DNA from: Candidatus Poribacteria bacterium
GTDB taxonomy: Bacteria > Poribacteria > WGA-4E > WGA-3G
NCBI GenBank assembly: GCA_965197475.1
Contig: CBDANF010000003.1
Span: forward strand, 416,001-480,000
Reading direction: 5' to 3'
Length of the DNA: 64,000 nucleotides
Below are positions 1-10,600 of this stretch, one piece after another (positions within the stretch are counted from its first letter, which is position 1; each line of letters begins with the position of its first letter). The notes beneath the pieces are model-generated. The model ran no database searches. It was given only the letters and a program-made list of their open reading frames with translations, and was not told where the DNA came from. The translations under genes were made by a program, and so were the position numbers.

Positions 1-1
1 T

Positions 2-3000
2 GAGATTGGCTTCCAATATGATAAAGACCTCAAGAAAGCAAAAGCTGTTGGGACAGTAAACTTTAATTACGCTGTCAACATTGCAGGTTTAGAGGAGTTC
101 CTTTCAATTTTAACGGGAAGTGGTGTTGATGTTCCTTATATCTTCCAGACACAAAACCCTATTACGAGAACTGTTCTCATAGAAATTGAAGACATTTTAC
201 CACTACTTGAAGGACGATACCTGCAGGTGCAAATTGGGAAAGGATTTAAATGCACGGGGACAGAAATCGGACTTAAAGAGGCAAACGTCGCACCAATACA
301 ACTTGGTAATGTAAAAGAACTTCGGGTTAATCGGGCAGAGTTTGAACAGAGAGACAGCGCACCATTTATCTGGCTTAGTTTCAGTTCACCAATCACACTT
401 GATATGTTTCAAGGACTTACGAGTGTTGAACCATCACTCCCGTTTCAGTTAGTCGCGCGTCATCGTGAATTAGAAATTCACGGAGATTTCGAGTTTCGTT
501 CCGACTATACGGTGAACATTAAACGCGGTATAGCATCGGCAGATGGGTCTATTTTAAGAGACACTTTTGTAAAAAGACTAACAGTTCCCGATCTTCATCC
601 GAGAATCCGTTTTACGGATAAGTCATTTTTCCTTCCGAGAAAAGGTTCTCTGAAGTTCAATCTTGCAACAACCAACATAGAACAAGTTGGATACGGTATT
701 GCGAAGGTCTATCTCTCCAGTTTACCGACTCTGGTTCATCAAGGCGAACTTGCCATTGAGTCACGCTTGAACCAAGAGGTAATCACATCACTACCGCTAA
801 AGGATTTCCTGACAGATAAACAGGCGGGTATTTTCAAGGTAGTAGTTCATTCTGATAAAGGCAGGGCAGGCTACGCAGAACGATTGATTGTAGTTACAGA
901 CCTCGGCATTGTCGCCAAAAGAATTGATGAGGAATTATGGGTTTGGGTCAATTCGCTTGACTCTTTAGATCCTATTTCACAGGCGAAAGTTCATCTGATT
1001 GATAATCGTGATAAGGATACACTGCTCACGGGAAAAACTGATGTCGCGGGTTTTGTCAAATTCGCCTTAACTCCTGAACTGCTTGAAAAGAATCCTCAAT
1101 TCCTGCTCACTGTCACGAAAGGGGATGACTTCTCCCTCCTGCAATTACAGCGACACCAAATTCCAACGCACGGATTCAATGTCGGCGGAGCACCTTATTT
1201 AGCAGATGGACATGAAGCGTTTCTCTACACGGAGCGCGGTGTGTACCGTCCTGGAGAAACAGTTAATCTCGTCGGAATTGTACGCGGTAAAAACAGTGAA
1301 ACACCCGAGTCGCTTCCGATACGGATTGACATTTTAACCCCACATCAAACTACACTGCAAGAATTTCAGAAGCAGACAGATAAAGAGGGTGCTTGCGAAG
1401 TCCAGATCCCCATTCCTGCATATTCTCCAACAGGTTGGTATGCCGCCAGAATGTGGTCTGCGAAAAAACAGATAGGATATGTTTCGTTTCAAGTTGAAGA
1501 ATTTATGCCTGATCGGATGAAAGTCTCGGTAGAAGCAGATAAAGATTCCTATATGCTGGGGGACGAGGTCAATTTGGAAGTAAAAGCGTTGAATCTCTAC
1601 GGCACACCAGCAGTTGGAAGGAAAGTTAATGCTTCTTATAACCTTCAAAAAGTGCCTTATGTGCCTCCTGAGAAGTGGCGTTCGTTCAATTTCTCCGATT
1701 CAACACGTACTTTTCAGCATGACTGGGTGAGCCTTGATGCAGCTATAACCAACATAGATGGAAAAGTTACGTATCAGTTTACGCTTCCTGAAGATCTGAA
1801 ACCACCATCTGCGCTAAGCGGCTATGTCCAAACATCGGTTCAGGAATTTGGCGGGCGCGCTGTTGCTGCAACAAAATGGATTTCTATCCATCCATACTCC
1901 CATTATATTGGCATTAAACGTCCAAAGTCGGGAACGGTTAAGCGGAATGAAAAGGTCACATTCAACTATATTTCGATTGATCCGGAAGGAAGTCCTGCCG
2001 CCGGACGAACTTTGAAGGTGACAATTTCAGCAATTGATAACTCACATCGCTGGAGAACACAAGCCAAACCTACTGTTACGCAATTAGAGACTCGCACCTT
2101 AACATCGGCTAAGGACGAAGCAGATTTCAGTTTCACACCCGCTGCGTACGGTGTACATCGCGTAGAAATTGAGGATGTTAATAGTGGCGCGAAAACGTCA
2201 ACACAATTTTATGTCTCAGAGTGGGGTGGTGTACCGTGGTCAATGGAGAAACCTGACACGCTCGAAATGACACTTGATAAAGACTCATATCGTCCTGGGG
2301 AAAAGGCGAAATTGCATATTAAACCGCCCTTTCCCGGCAAGGTGTTGCTAACAATTGAGCAAGAGAAAGTGTTGAGTTACCAGACGATCATAGTAAAAGA
2401 AAACACGGCAACTTTGACGATTCCTGTTCAGGATATTTATGCTCCCAACGTATATCTTTCGGCAACGCTAATACGTTCCACAACATCTCTGGAAAAGGAC
2501 GCACCCGCGCGCGCATTTGGCATCATTTCGTTGAAACTTGATGCAGAATCGCACCAACTAAAAGTTGAAATTGACGCACCTGAACAGATTCGACCGAACC
2601 GTGAGGTGGACATAAAGTTTAGGGTGCAAGGTGAACGTAAAGGAAAACCTTACAGAGTTGCCATCGCCGCCGTTGATGAAGGTATTCTCCAGTTGACAGG
2701 AACGCAAACACCTAAACCACACGCTTATTTTTATCAACAGAGAAGGCTTGAATCCATTTCTTATGAGTTCTATACTGCAATTACGAAGGACAACCAATTT
2801 CCTATCAAGCCGATTGAATCGCTTGACGATTTGATGAAATTGGCAATTTCAGAAGCTGCAAAGGCACAGATGATGCGGATATCGCAAATCTTAGTAGAAA
2901 GTCATGCTGACACAGTAGCTTTTAGTCTTGCAGGTGGTCGGCTTAACACTGATACTGTAGTTCGGGTTACATCGGTGTCGCTCTGGTCAGGTTTAATGAC

Positions 3001-5035
3001 AACCGATGCAAATGGACACGGCAGCGTCCGTTTTAAGATACCCCAATTCAACGGTACATTGCGGGTGATGGCAGTTGCCTTTTCCGGTGCGGATTACGGT
3101 TCAGCCACGGAAAAAATCCAGGTACGTGATCCGGTGGTGCTAACACCGACTTTCCCACGTTTCCTCTCCGGCGGCGATCAAATTCGCGTCCCTGTTTCCG
3201 TTTTTAATGGCACTGCTAATAAAGGCGACTTTTCTGTTAAATTAAAAGCAACCGGTCCTGTTCAACTGCTTACAGAAAACGGTTCTATTAACCACTCGGT
3301 TATTGTGAAGGAGGATTCCCTTCAGAAACAGATGGAGATTGCAGCGGGTAAGGAGGGGCAACTCTTTTTTGACGTTATTGCACACGATGCAGTCGGCATA
3401 GTTACGTTTAATCTATCAGCATCTGGCAATGGCGAAGAGATACAATATGCGCCTGTTCGTCTCCCGCTTCGGTCAGCGGCACCACCAGTCACAAAGACAG
3501 GACAAGGTGTTGTCCGAGAGGATGAACCCGCAGATTTTATTTTCCCCTCAAATCTGAGAGCAGACACCTCAGAGTTTATGGTGACGCTGTCTCCTCTTCC
3601 TGCTGTTAGGTTTGCCAATGGACTTCGCTATCTGGTACAGTATCCGCATGGATGTCTTGAACAAACAACAAGCCGTGTTTTCCCACTACTCTATCTTAGC
3701 GATCTCGCGCGGGTCGTTGAACCCGCACTGGCAGAGGAAGGGAAAATTGACAAATACATTGAGGCGGGTATCACAAAATTAGAAAATATGCTGACACCAG
3801 AGCATCATTTTGCCTACTGGCCCGGAAGGTCCAACGTCAACAATTGGAGCAGCATCTATGCCTCCCATTTTTTGGTTGAAGCGCGAAAGGCAGGGCACAA
3901 GGTTTCCCCACTTGTTCACAACAGGATGCTTGAAGGGTTGAGACATCAAGCGAGAAGCAGTGGAAGTATCAATAAGCCAAACGAAAAATCAGATAGGTAT
4001 AGCCTCGCGCAAGCGGCTTATGCCTGCTATGTGTTGGCAGCAGCCGATCAACCTGAAACACCTGTGATGCATTATCTGAAAAATAATCGTTTAAGCGAGC
4101 TTAACGATTACAGTCAATTTCAACTTGCAGGCGCGTTCGCGCTTAGTGGTGAGGTCAAGTTAGCACTATCAATGCTGCCAGATTCAATAGAATTTGAAAA
4201 TACGGGACGACGAGAAACAGGGCGGAATTTTGACTCACCTATTCGCGCGCAAGCCATCATGCTGGATGTGCTCATAGAAGTCAAGGAAAACCACCCCGCA
4301 ATCCCTAAACTCGTTGAAAACCTAACCAATGCAGCGTCAAAAGGGCAACGGTGGGCTACTACACAAGAGAACGCCTTTGCTTTGCTGGCTCTCGGTAAGT
4401 TCCTGAATAAACAACCACATCAGAAGTTTACTGGAACAATTACGCGAAATGATGCACACCTCGCAAACTTTGATTCAACCGGAACACAGCATATTGGATC
4501 TGACTGGGATGGCGCGCACATGAAACTAACGGTAAAGGGAAAAGGCACATGCTACTATTATTGGGAAGCTTTCGGCATTAGTAGGGATTCCTATATTGAG
4601 GAATATGGGCGAGAATTGCAGATAAACCGCCGCTATCTTACACCTGACGGATCCCGAGTCAAAAACGTTTTTCAGCAAGGAAAGTTAGTAATAGCTGAGA
4701 TTACCGTCAAAGCTCTGACAAGCGATCTTGAAAACGTAGTGGTTGTTGATATGTTGCCTGCAGGCTTTGAAATTGAAAATCCTCGATTGATAACCCGCGG
4801 CGGTGCATCTTGGTCTAATGACAAACAAGCATTTACGCCTAATTATATGGACATACGCGATGACCGTCTTCTCTTCTATGGGACATTTCAATATCAACGG
4901 GAGCAAAAGTTTTATTACGCACTCCGCGCGGTAACGCAAGGAACATTTACTGTCCCGCCTGTCTCTGCTGAAGCGATGTACGACCCAACGAAATCAGCAG
5001 TAGCATCAAGTGGGACAATTCAGGTTATTAAATAG
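2..5035 (+). CDS. Bacterial alpha-2-macroglobulin family protein (5' end outside window)
   Basis: Frame is open from base 2. Motifs: YTERGVYRPGETV, F.VEEF.P.R, LTIEQE, AAVDEGIL, thioester YPHGCLEQT (3653-3664), TTQENAFAL, DMLPAGFEIEN, EAMYDP. Confidence 0.95.
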   Translation, partial: EIGFQYDKDLKKAKAVGTVNFNYAVNIAGLEEFLSILTGSGVDVPYIFQTQNPITRTVLIEIEDILPLLEGRYLQVQIGKGFKCTGTEIGLKEANVAPIQLGNVKELRVNRAEFEQRDSAPFIWLSFSSPITLDMFQGLTSVEPSLPFQLVARHRELEIHGDFEFRSDYTVNIKRGIASADGSILRDTFVKRLTVPDLHPRIRFTDKSFFLPRKGSLKFNLATTNIEQVGYGIAKVYLSSLPTLVHQGELAIESRLNQEVITSLPLKDFLTDKQAGIFKVVVHSDKGRAGYAERLIVVTDLGIVAKRIDEELWVWVNSLDSLDPISQAKVHLIDNRDKDTLLTGKTDVAGFVKFALTPELLEKNPQFLLTVTKGDDFSLLQLQRHQIPTHGFNVGGAPYLADGHEAFLYTERGVYRPGETVNLVGIVRGKNSETPESLPIRIDILTPHQTTLQEFQKQTDKEGACEVQIPIPAYSPTGWYAARMWSAKKQIGYVSFQVEEFMPDRMKVSVEADKDSYMLGDEVNLEVKALNLYGTPAVGRKVNASYNLQKVPYVPPEKWRSFNFSDSTRTFQHDWVSLDAAITNIDGKVTYQFTLPEDLKPPSALSGYVQTSVQEFGGRAVAATKWISIHPYSHYIGIKRPKSGTVKRNEKVTFNYISIDPEGSPAAGRTLKVTISAIDNSHRWRTQAKPTVTQLETRTLTSAKDEADFSFTPAAYGVHRVEIEDVNSGAKTSTQFYVSEWGGVPWSMEKPDTLEMTLDKDSYRPGEKAKLHIKPPFPGKVLLTIEQEKVLSYQTIIVKENTATLTIPVQDIYAPNVYLSATLIRSTTSLEKDAPARAFGIISLKLDAESHQLKVEIDAPEQIRPNREVDIKFRVQGERKGKPYRVAIAAVDEGILQLTGTQTPKPHAYFYQQRRLESISYEFYTAITKDNQFPIKPIESLDDLMKLAISEAAKAQMMRISQILVESHADTVAFSLAGGRLNTDTVVRVTSVSLWSGLMTTDANGHGSVRFKIPQFNGTLRVMAVAFSGADYGSATEKIQVRDPVVLTPTFPRFLSGGDQIRVPVSVFNGTANKGDFSVKLKATGPVQLLTENGSINHSVIVKEDSLQKQMEIAAGKEGQLFFDVIAHDAVGIVTFNLSASGNGEEIQYAPVRLPLRSAAPPVTKTGQGVVREDEPADFIFPSNLRADTSEFMVTLSPLPAVRFANGLRYLVQYPHGCLEQTTSRVFPLLYLSDLARVVEPALAEEGKIDKYIEAGITKLENMLTPEHHFAYWPGRSNVNNWSSIYASHFLVEARKAGHKVSPLVHNRMLEGLRHQARSSGSINKPNEKSDRYSLAQAAYACYVLAAADQPETPVMHYLKNNRLSELNDYSQFQLAGAFALSGEVKLALSMLPDSIEFENTGRRETGRNFDSPIRAQAIMLDVLIEVKENHPAIPKLVENLTNAASKGQRWATTQENAFALLALGKFLNKQPHQKFTGTITRNDAHLANFDSTGTQHIGSDWDGAHMKLTVKGKGTCYYYWEAFGISRDSYIEEYGRELQINRRYLTPDGSRVKNVFQQGKLVIAEITVKALTSDLENVVVVDMLPAGFEIENPRLITRGGASWSNDKQAFTPNYMDIRDDRLLFYGTFQYQREQKFYYALRAVTQGTFTVPPVSAEAMYDPTKSAVASSGTIQVIK

Positions 5036-5104
5036 TGGAAGGCGAGATGACGGTGTACTCGGTTTTGAACCGAATTAATAGGTAAAGGGTGAGGCACGGA
5101 TTCT

Positions 5105-5401
5105 CCCATAAGTGTAAATTACAGAAAAGCACTACGCACTTCCGCTCCAGCGGAGCGGTATGTCTATAGCACCTATGAAACACTCTCTTTAGCACCAGCG
5201 GTGCGAAAGGTGTATAGAAAGGCGGCAATACCCTTCTTTAGCACCAGCGGTGCGAAAGGTGTATCACAACACACGTATAATCTACACTTGTCGCCCCTCT
5301 GGGGCTTGAGTTGGTAGGGGTCGCGTGTCTATACACCTGTTGCCCCTCTGGGCTTAGATATCCAAAATATAGGTTTATTTCCTTAAATTGACACCTATGG
5401 G
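5105..5401. mobile_element. MITE-like element containing REP-like palindromic repeats
   Basis: Imperfect terminal IRs CCCATAAGTGTAAATT / AATTGACACCTATGGG. Inside are a 30-bp direct repeat (5186-5215, 5235-5264) and two GCCCCTCTGGG(G)C palindromes. Confidence 0.6.
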
Positions 5402-5566
5402 TTTCGCGTTCGCTCTACCCGACCTACGAAATAATGCAGTACCGTCACATAGAAATGGTATTGTTTGTCATTGAATCTACGATACAAGTAATATATTGTG
5501 TTGGGTTCCTCTAAGTGCTCAAGTCAAACTCACGTTATAATGAGTTGGTTCGTAGCCGCAAAGGGT

Positions 5567-6781
5567 TCATCTTTGTGAATCTTCCGGTGCAGCTAACACG
5601 CAGACATAGTCTTCACCAACAGCTATGCTAATCGGGTGTTGATCCTGAAACGTTGTTGCAGATAAAAAACGAGGGTTTTCTTGCACATCAAGGTGAATTA
5701 TAGAAAGGAAGCCTTTTGCGTTTGCTACGTAAAGCAACTTCCGCGAAATTTGAAAATCTGTAATTGGTCCCAATAGCTGGTTTCCCTCAAAGTTTATTGT
5801 TTCGGACTGCTGATCTTGCGTGACAAGATGAATCTTGGTTGAACTCTCAATAAAAGCATTTGTGGGTTTTCCGTGGGTGCCCGTCTTTTTCCCAGTCAAG
5901 TAGAGATAAGCGAGATAGTTCACCTCTAAGTTGTAGTGCTCAAGCCACTCCCACATAATAGGGCGATATTGGTCCTCTTCCCAGACAATCGTAATATCGC
6001 GATCTGGATATCTATAACTCGCAAATACCAGATAATCTCCGAAAACTCGGACTTTCTCAGATCTACCACTTAGCTCTAAAAGGTCGGTTCGATCTGAGAG
6101 GGCCGCCCAACCATAATCACTATTGGTCCTATGCTTCAGCAGAATCTGTTCTACTCCTGCCCCTATTGCTCTAACGCCTACTAACGAGGATGGTGATAGT
6201 ATCTCAACAGCTTCAACGAATCGGGCATTCCCGTCAGATACGGAATAAATGTATAGATAGTCATTAACATCCATCACATATAGATGGGATGAATGGATAT
6301 CGAATTCGCTTATTACATTTGAAGGGTGTAAACTCACCGTGGATTGAATCACGGGGTGAAGTGGATTGGAAACATCTACGAGATAAATCTTATGACGGCT
6401 TGCTACAAATACCTGATCTCCAGATACACGCGCCTTGCCAATTTCATCAGGGAAGACGATTGATGTCAGATAGGATGGCTGTTGCAGGTTAGAAACATCA
6501 ATGACGTGCAGATGCCTTTCTGTTGAGACATACGCGTGTTTTCCTGCAAGAACGACAGTGTTGTTTGGACCGGAGCGGAACGGTAAATCAATAGAACCAG
6601 CGAGTGTCGGATTTTTCACGTCTGTAGTGTCTACGACAGTAAAAACGCTTTCTTGCGGTTTTTCAGTGGCAACCGTTTTTTCACTCTGTTCAAGAACACG
6701 CAAGCTGCACCCCATGTTAATAATAACGGTTAGCATTACGATGACAAACGCAAAACTTGATTTAGCAAAAACTTTTCGCAC
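5567..6781 (-). CDS. LVIVD-repeat beta-propeller lipoprotein
   Basis: Hydrophobic N-terminus with lipobox-like INMG-C. Repeats HLHVIDVSNLQQP, IYLVDVSNPLHP, LLYVANAKGFLSII. Confidence 0.75.
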   Translation of the reverse strand: MRKVFAKSSFAFVIVMLTVIINMGCSLRVLEQSEKTVATEKPQESVFTVVDTTDVKNPTLAGSIDLPFRSGPNNTVVLAGKHAYVSTERHLHVIDVSNLQQPSYLTSIVFPDEIGKARVSGDQVFVASRHKIYLVDVSNPLHPVIQSTVSLHPSNVISEFDIHSSHLYVMDVNDYLYIYSVSDGNARFVEAVEILSPSSLVGVRAIGAGVEQILLKHRTNSDYGWAALSDRTDLLELSGRSEKVRVFGDYLVFASYRYPDRDITIVWEEDQYRPIMWEWLEHYNLEVNYLAYLYLTGKKTGTHGKPTNAFIESSTKIHLVTQDQQSETINFEGNQLLGPITDFQISRKLLYVANAKGFLSIIHLDVQENPRFLSATTFQDQHPISIAVGEDYVCVLAAPEDSQR

Positions 6782-6892
6782 TGTTTTTTCTCCTTGTAAT
6801 AATTTGTCCTAATGATATTTTGTTTATTCTACTGTTAGCGTAATTGAAACCTTTTCAAACCTCACAAGTAAAAACTATGGACTTTACTATTT

Positions 6893-7014
6893 CAGGACTT
6901 ACGCAGCTGGTTCACAAGTCCCCTTGATAAGGGGGATTTAGGGGGTTAAAATACCGAAATAACAACTTTTTAAGTCCAATATTTCCTTTTTCTACTCAAT
7001 TTGCGTAAGTCCTG
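6893..7014. mobile_element. MITE-like element
   Basis: Perfect 13-bp TIR CAGGACTTACGCA / TGCGTAAGTCCTG, with an internal CCCTTGATAAGGG hairpin. Confidence 0.7.
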
Positions 7015-7197
7015 TATTTGCTATCCGTGTATGCGCAATTTCTGTGCCAATGTCAAATACCCTAAACATGCCGATAAATCTGGTATATCAACGTTTGAAT
7101 TGCACGAAAAGGGACAAACGGAGAGATGACTGCACGATTTTGTGCAGAAGCGGATGGAAAAGTAAAGGGGTTACGGGACAACAGCAGGGCGTTTACC

Positions 7198-7414
7198 GAG
7201 TGTGTAAAGTTTTTGTCAATTTCTGAATCGCGGATTATGCGGATTACACGGATTGCGCGGATTTTTGGAAACTGGGTGTCAAATCAATGGCAAATGCGCG
7301 CTTGATATATTGGAAATCGGGGTTGAAAACCCGCCGAATGCCTTATGTGCATGAGGCGTTGATTCACTCCTACAAGAGAAAGGGAATGGTTAATGCCAAG
7401 AACTTTACACACTC
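7198..7414. mobile_element. MITE-like element with internal GGATT 9-mer tandem repeat
   Basis: TIR GAGTGTGTAAAGTT / AACTTTACACACTC. Internal repeat cgcggatta-tgcggatta-cacggattg-cgcggattt. Confidence 0.6.
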
Positions 7415-7608
7415 CTGATAAAATACCCATTTGTGTTTCAAGATGTTTTGTGTTATCATATAAAACATGAGTACCAACTCACAAAAACCTGTGTATTGAA
7501 ACCTCGTTCGTATACACTGTGATAATGTTCCTTACTGTCAAGGTTGTAATTTCACCAAAACATTACACTTTGTTTCTAATCGGATACGTTCATATAGGGA
7601 GAAATCAA

Positions 7609-10600
7609 TTGAAGTTTCGGAAGCATTTCATAAAAATAAGTTATCTATTGATGTTTATTTTAGTCGGCAGTGCTAATGCACAACAGAATCTTGCACAAGA
7701 GGCTTATGCGATCTTTGAGCGGTCCTGCCTGAGGTGTCATGGTGAAAATGGTTCCCATAGGGAAGCACTCATCATTCAGCATACAGCACTTATTGAAGGC
7801 GGTACTGTTATTCCTGGAGACCCAGACGGTTCCGAGCTCTATCAACGGTTAATCGAAACTGCTGTAGAAAAACGGATGCCGCTCGGACAACCACCGCTTG
7901 ATGCCGAAGCAATTGAGACGATTCGGCAATGGATTGCGGCAAGTGCACCAGATTGGAATGCTATTCCCAAACCAGAAACCGACTTTATTACGACCGATGC
8001 AATGCTTGGGACTATTGAGAACCATGTCAAAACGCTTTCTACGCGCGACAAAACGTTTGCACGCTATTTTACCTTGACGCATCTTTATAACGCGGGTGAG
8101 ACCACTGAGGCACTCCATGCCTATCGGCGGGCACTCTCAAAACTGATTAATAGTCTCTCATGGGGACTTGAGGTTGTTAAACCGCTGCCTATTGATGTAG
8201 AACAAACCGTTTTCTATATTGACATCCGCAAATATGAATGGGATGTTAGAAACGATGCATGGACACAGATTGAGCAGGTATATCCGTACCAAATGGCGTT
8301 TGATGCGCCGACACAAACACACCTCCGCGATAAATTGACAAACCTACAGCAAGAGATGAATTGCGAAGTGCCGTTTGTCCATGTGGATTGGTTTCTTGCG
8401 AATGCTTCATTGCCGCCTCTTTACCATGATATTCTCGCACTACCCGAAACAGACCGTGAATTAGAAGTTGAACTTAGGGTGTTTGTTATTGCCAACCTTC
8501 AAAATGCACCGGGGGAACGTGTGTGGCGTGCGGGTTTCAACGATTCCGGTGTTTCAAGACATAACCGCGTTGTTGAACGCCATACGTCCTCGTATGGCGC
8601 GTATTGGAAAAGTTACGACTTTGCGGGAAGTACGGAGTCACAGAATATTTTTGCACATCCGCTTGATTTTACACACGACGGTGGCGAAATTATTTTCAAC
8701 TTACCGAACGGGTTGCAAGCATATTATCTGGTAGATGCAGGAGGTAACCGACTTGATAAAGCACCTATAAGCATTGTATCTAATCCTGCTGTAGGCGACC
8801 CGACTGTTCGTAACGGGCTTTCCTGCATTGGATGTCACACGGAAGGAATGAAGACGTTTGAAGACGAAGTGCGTGCTGTTGTTGAACAAGCAGATAACCC
8901 GCCTTTTAACAAAGAGCGTGCATTAGAGTTATATGCAGAAAAATCGGTAATGGATGAACTTGTAAAGGAAGATACGCAACGTTATAGGGATGCACTTGAA
9001 GCAGCAGGCGGAGTATTTGGTGGTATTGAACCGATACAACGTTTCCATGAAGCGTTTCAGGGAACTCTCAGTGTGGCACATGCTGCAGCTGCTGTTGGGT
9101 TAGAGACCGAAACGTTCCTTGAAAAAATCAGTAAAAGTACGACCTTACAAAACCTATTAGGGGCATTGGTGTTAGAAAACGGTGCCATCAAACGAGATGC
9201 ATGGACATCGGATTTTCACGATGTGATTGCTGCGCTGAATACACCTGACAGTGTTCTTCCACCGGTTGTGCAGCGTCCGGAAATTATCCCTGGTGCTTCT
9301 GTTCGTATTCCCGATGCGAACTTGCGCGCTGCAATTGAGGATGCACTCGGCAAAGCACCCGGTGATGTGATTACGGTTCAGGATATGGCAACGTTGACAG
9401 AATTCTCTGCAGAAGGGATGGGAATCCAAGATATAACAGGACTTGAATACGCTACTAACTTGGGTGTTTTACGTATTGGTGGTAACTCAATCACAGACAT
9501 CTCGCCACTGGCAAGATTAACCCAGATGGGGCACCTAAGGATTGAGGGCAACAAAATATCAGACATCTCACCACTCACTAAATTAAAAAATATTGGTAAT
9601 CTTGAAATGTACAGTAATGAGATAAAAGACATCTCGCCATTGGCGGGATTAACTAAGATGCGTTGGTTATCTGTGTATGCTAACCCAGTCTCGGACCTTT
9701 CACCACTCAGAAACATGCAGGGACTCCGGGGTATGCGGGTAACCGTTGTTCCACCCGGAGATCTGTCCCCATTGGCAGAATTAGTCAACTTGACCCGGAT
9801 TTTCTATTGGTCATCCGGGTATCCTATTGCTGACTTGTCTCCCTTAGCAAAGTTGCCCAAATTACGTTTTATAGAAATTGGACATGCGGGCGGACAAACG
9901 GATCTAACCCCATTGGCAAAAGCAACCGCCCTTGAACATTTCAGTTACTTCGGACCTACCCCTGATTTATCACCACTAACGAACTTATCCCACCTGTTTA
10001 AAATAGAGATTTGGGATGGAGAGAACCCAGATCTGTCCCCGTTGGCAAGAGCAATAGGGTTGAAAGAACTATGGGTAAGCAGATGCGGTATTTCGGATAT
10101 CTCATTTTTAGAGAACCTAACAAGTTTGGAACGATTGAACCTTCAAGGCAACAACATATCTGATGTATCTCCGTTAGCAGGCTTAACTAATCTAAAATGG
10201 TTAAAACTCACCGACAATCCGATTACTGACTTCTCACCTTTAGCGGAACTCGCGCAAACTACGAATATACTTACGGGTGAGGTTGCTATTCCTGACCTAA
10301 ACCTTCGTGCGGCAATTGCAGGGGCACTTGGCAAAGATGCTGATGATGTATTTGTCCCAATTACAACCGAGGAGATAGAAACATTAACAACCCTAAGAGC
10401 AAGTAAAAGGGACATTAAGGATTTAACAGGAATTGAGCAAGCGATAAATCTTGAAGAGTTGTGGATTTCAGGAAATCCTGTATCTGACTTATCACCACTT
10501 GCTGGATTGACAAATCTCATCGGTTTAGGTGCTTGGGAAACTCCTATAACCGATTTATCCCCTTTGAAAGAATTAACAAAACTGAGGTGGATAGACTTTG

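Noticed and set aside
5186-5264. 30-bp direct repeat as a CRISPR array
   Set aside because: Only two copies with a 19-bp gap, inside a MITE, and no cas genes in the window.
7044-7226. 60-aa ORF in the intergenic region
   Set aside because: No RBS or motif, and it runs into a MITE end.
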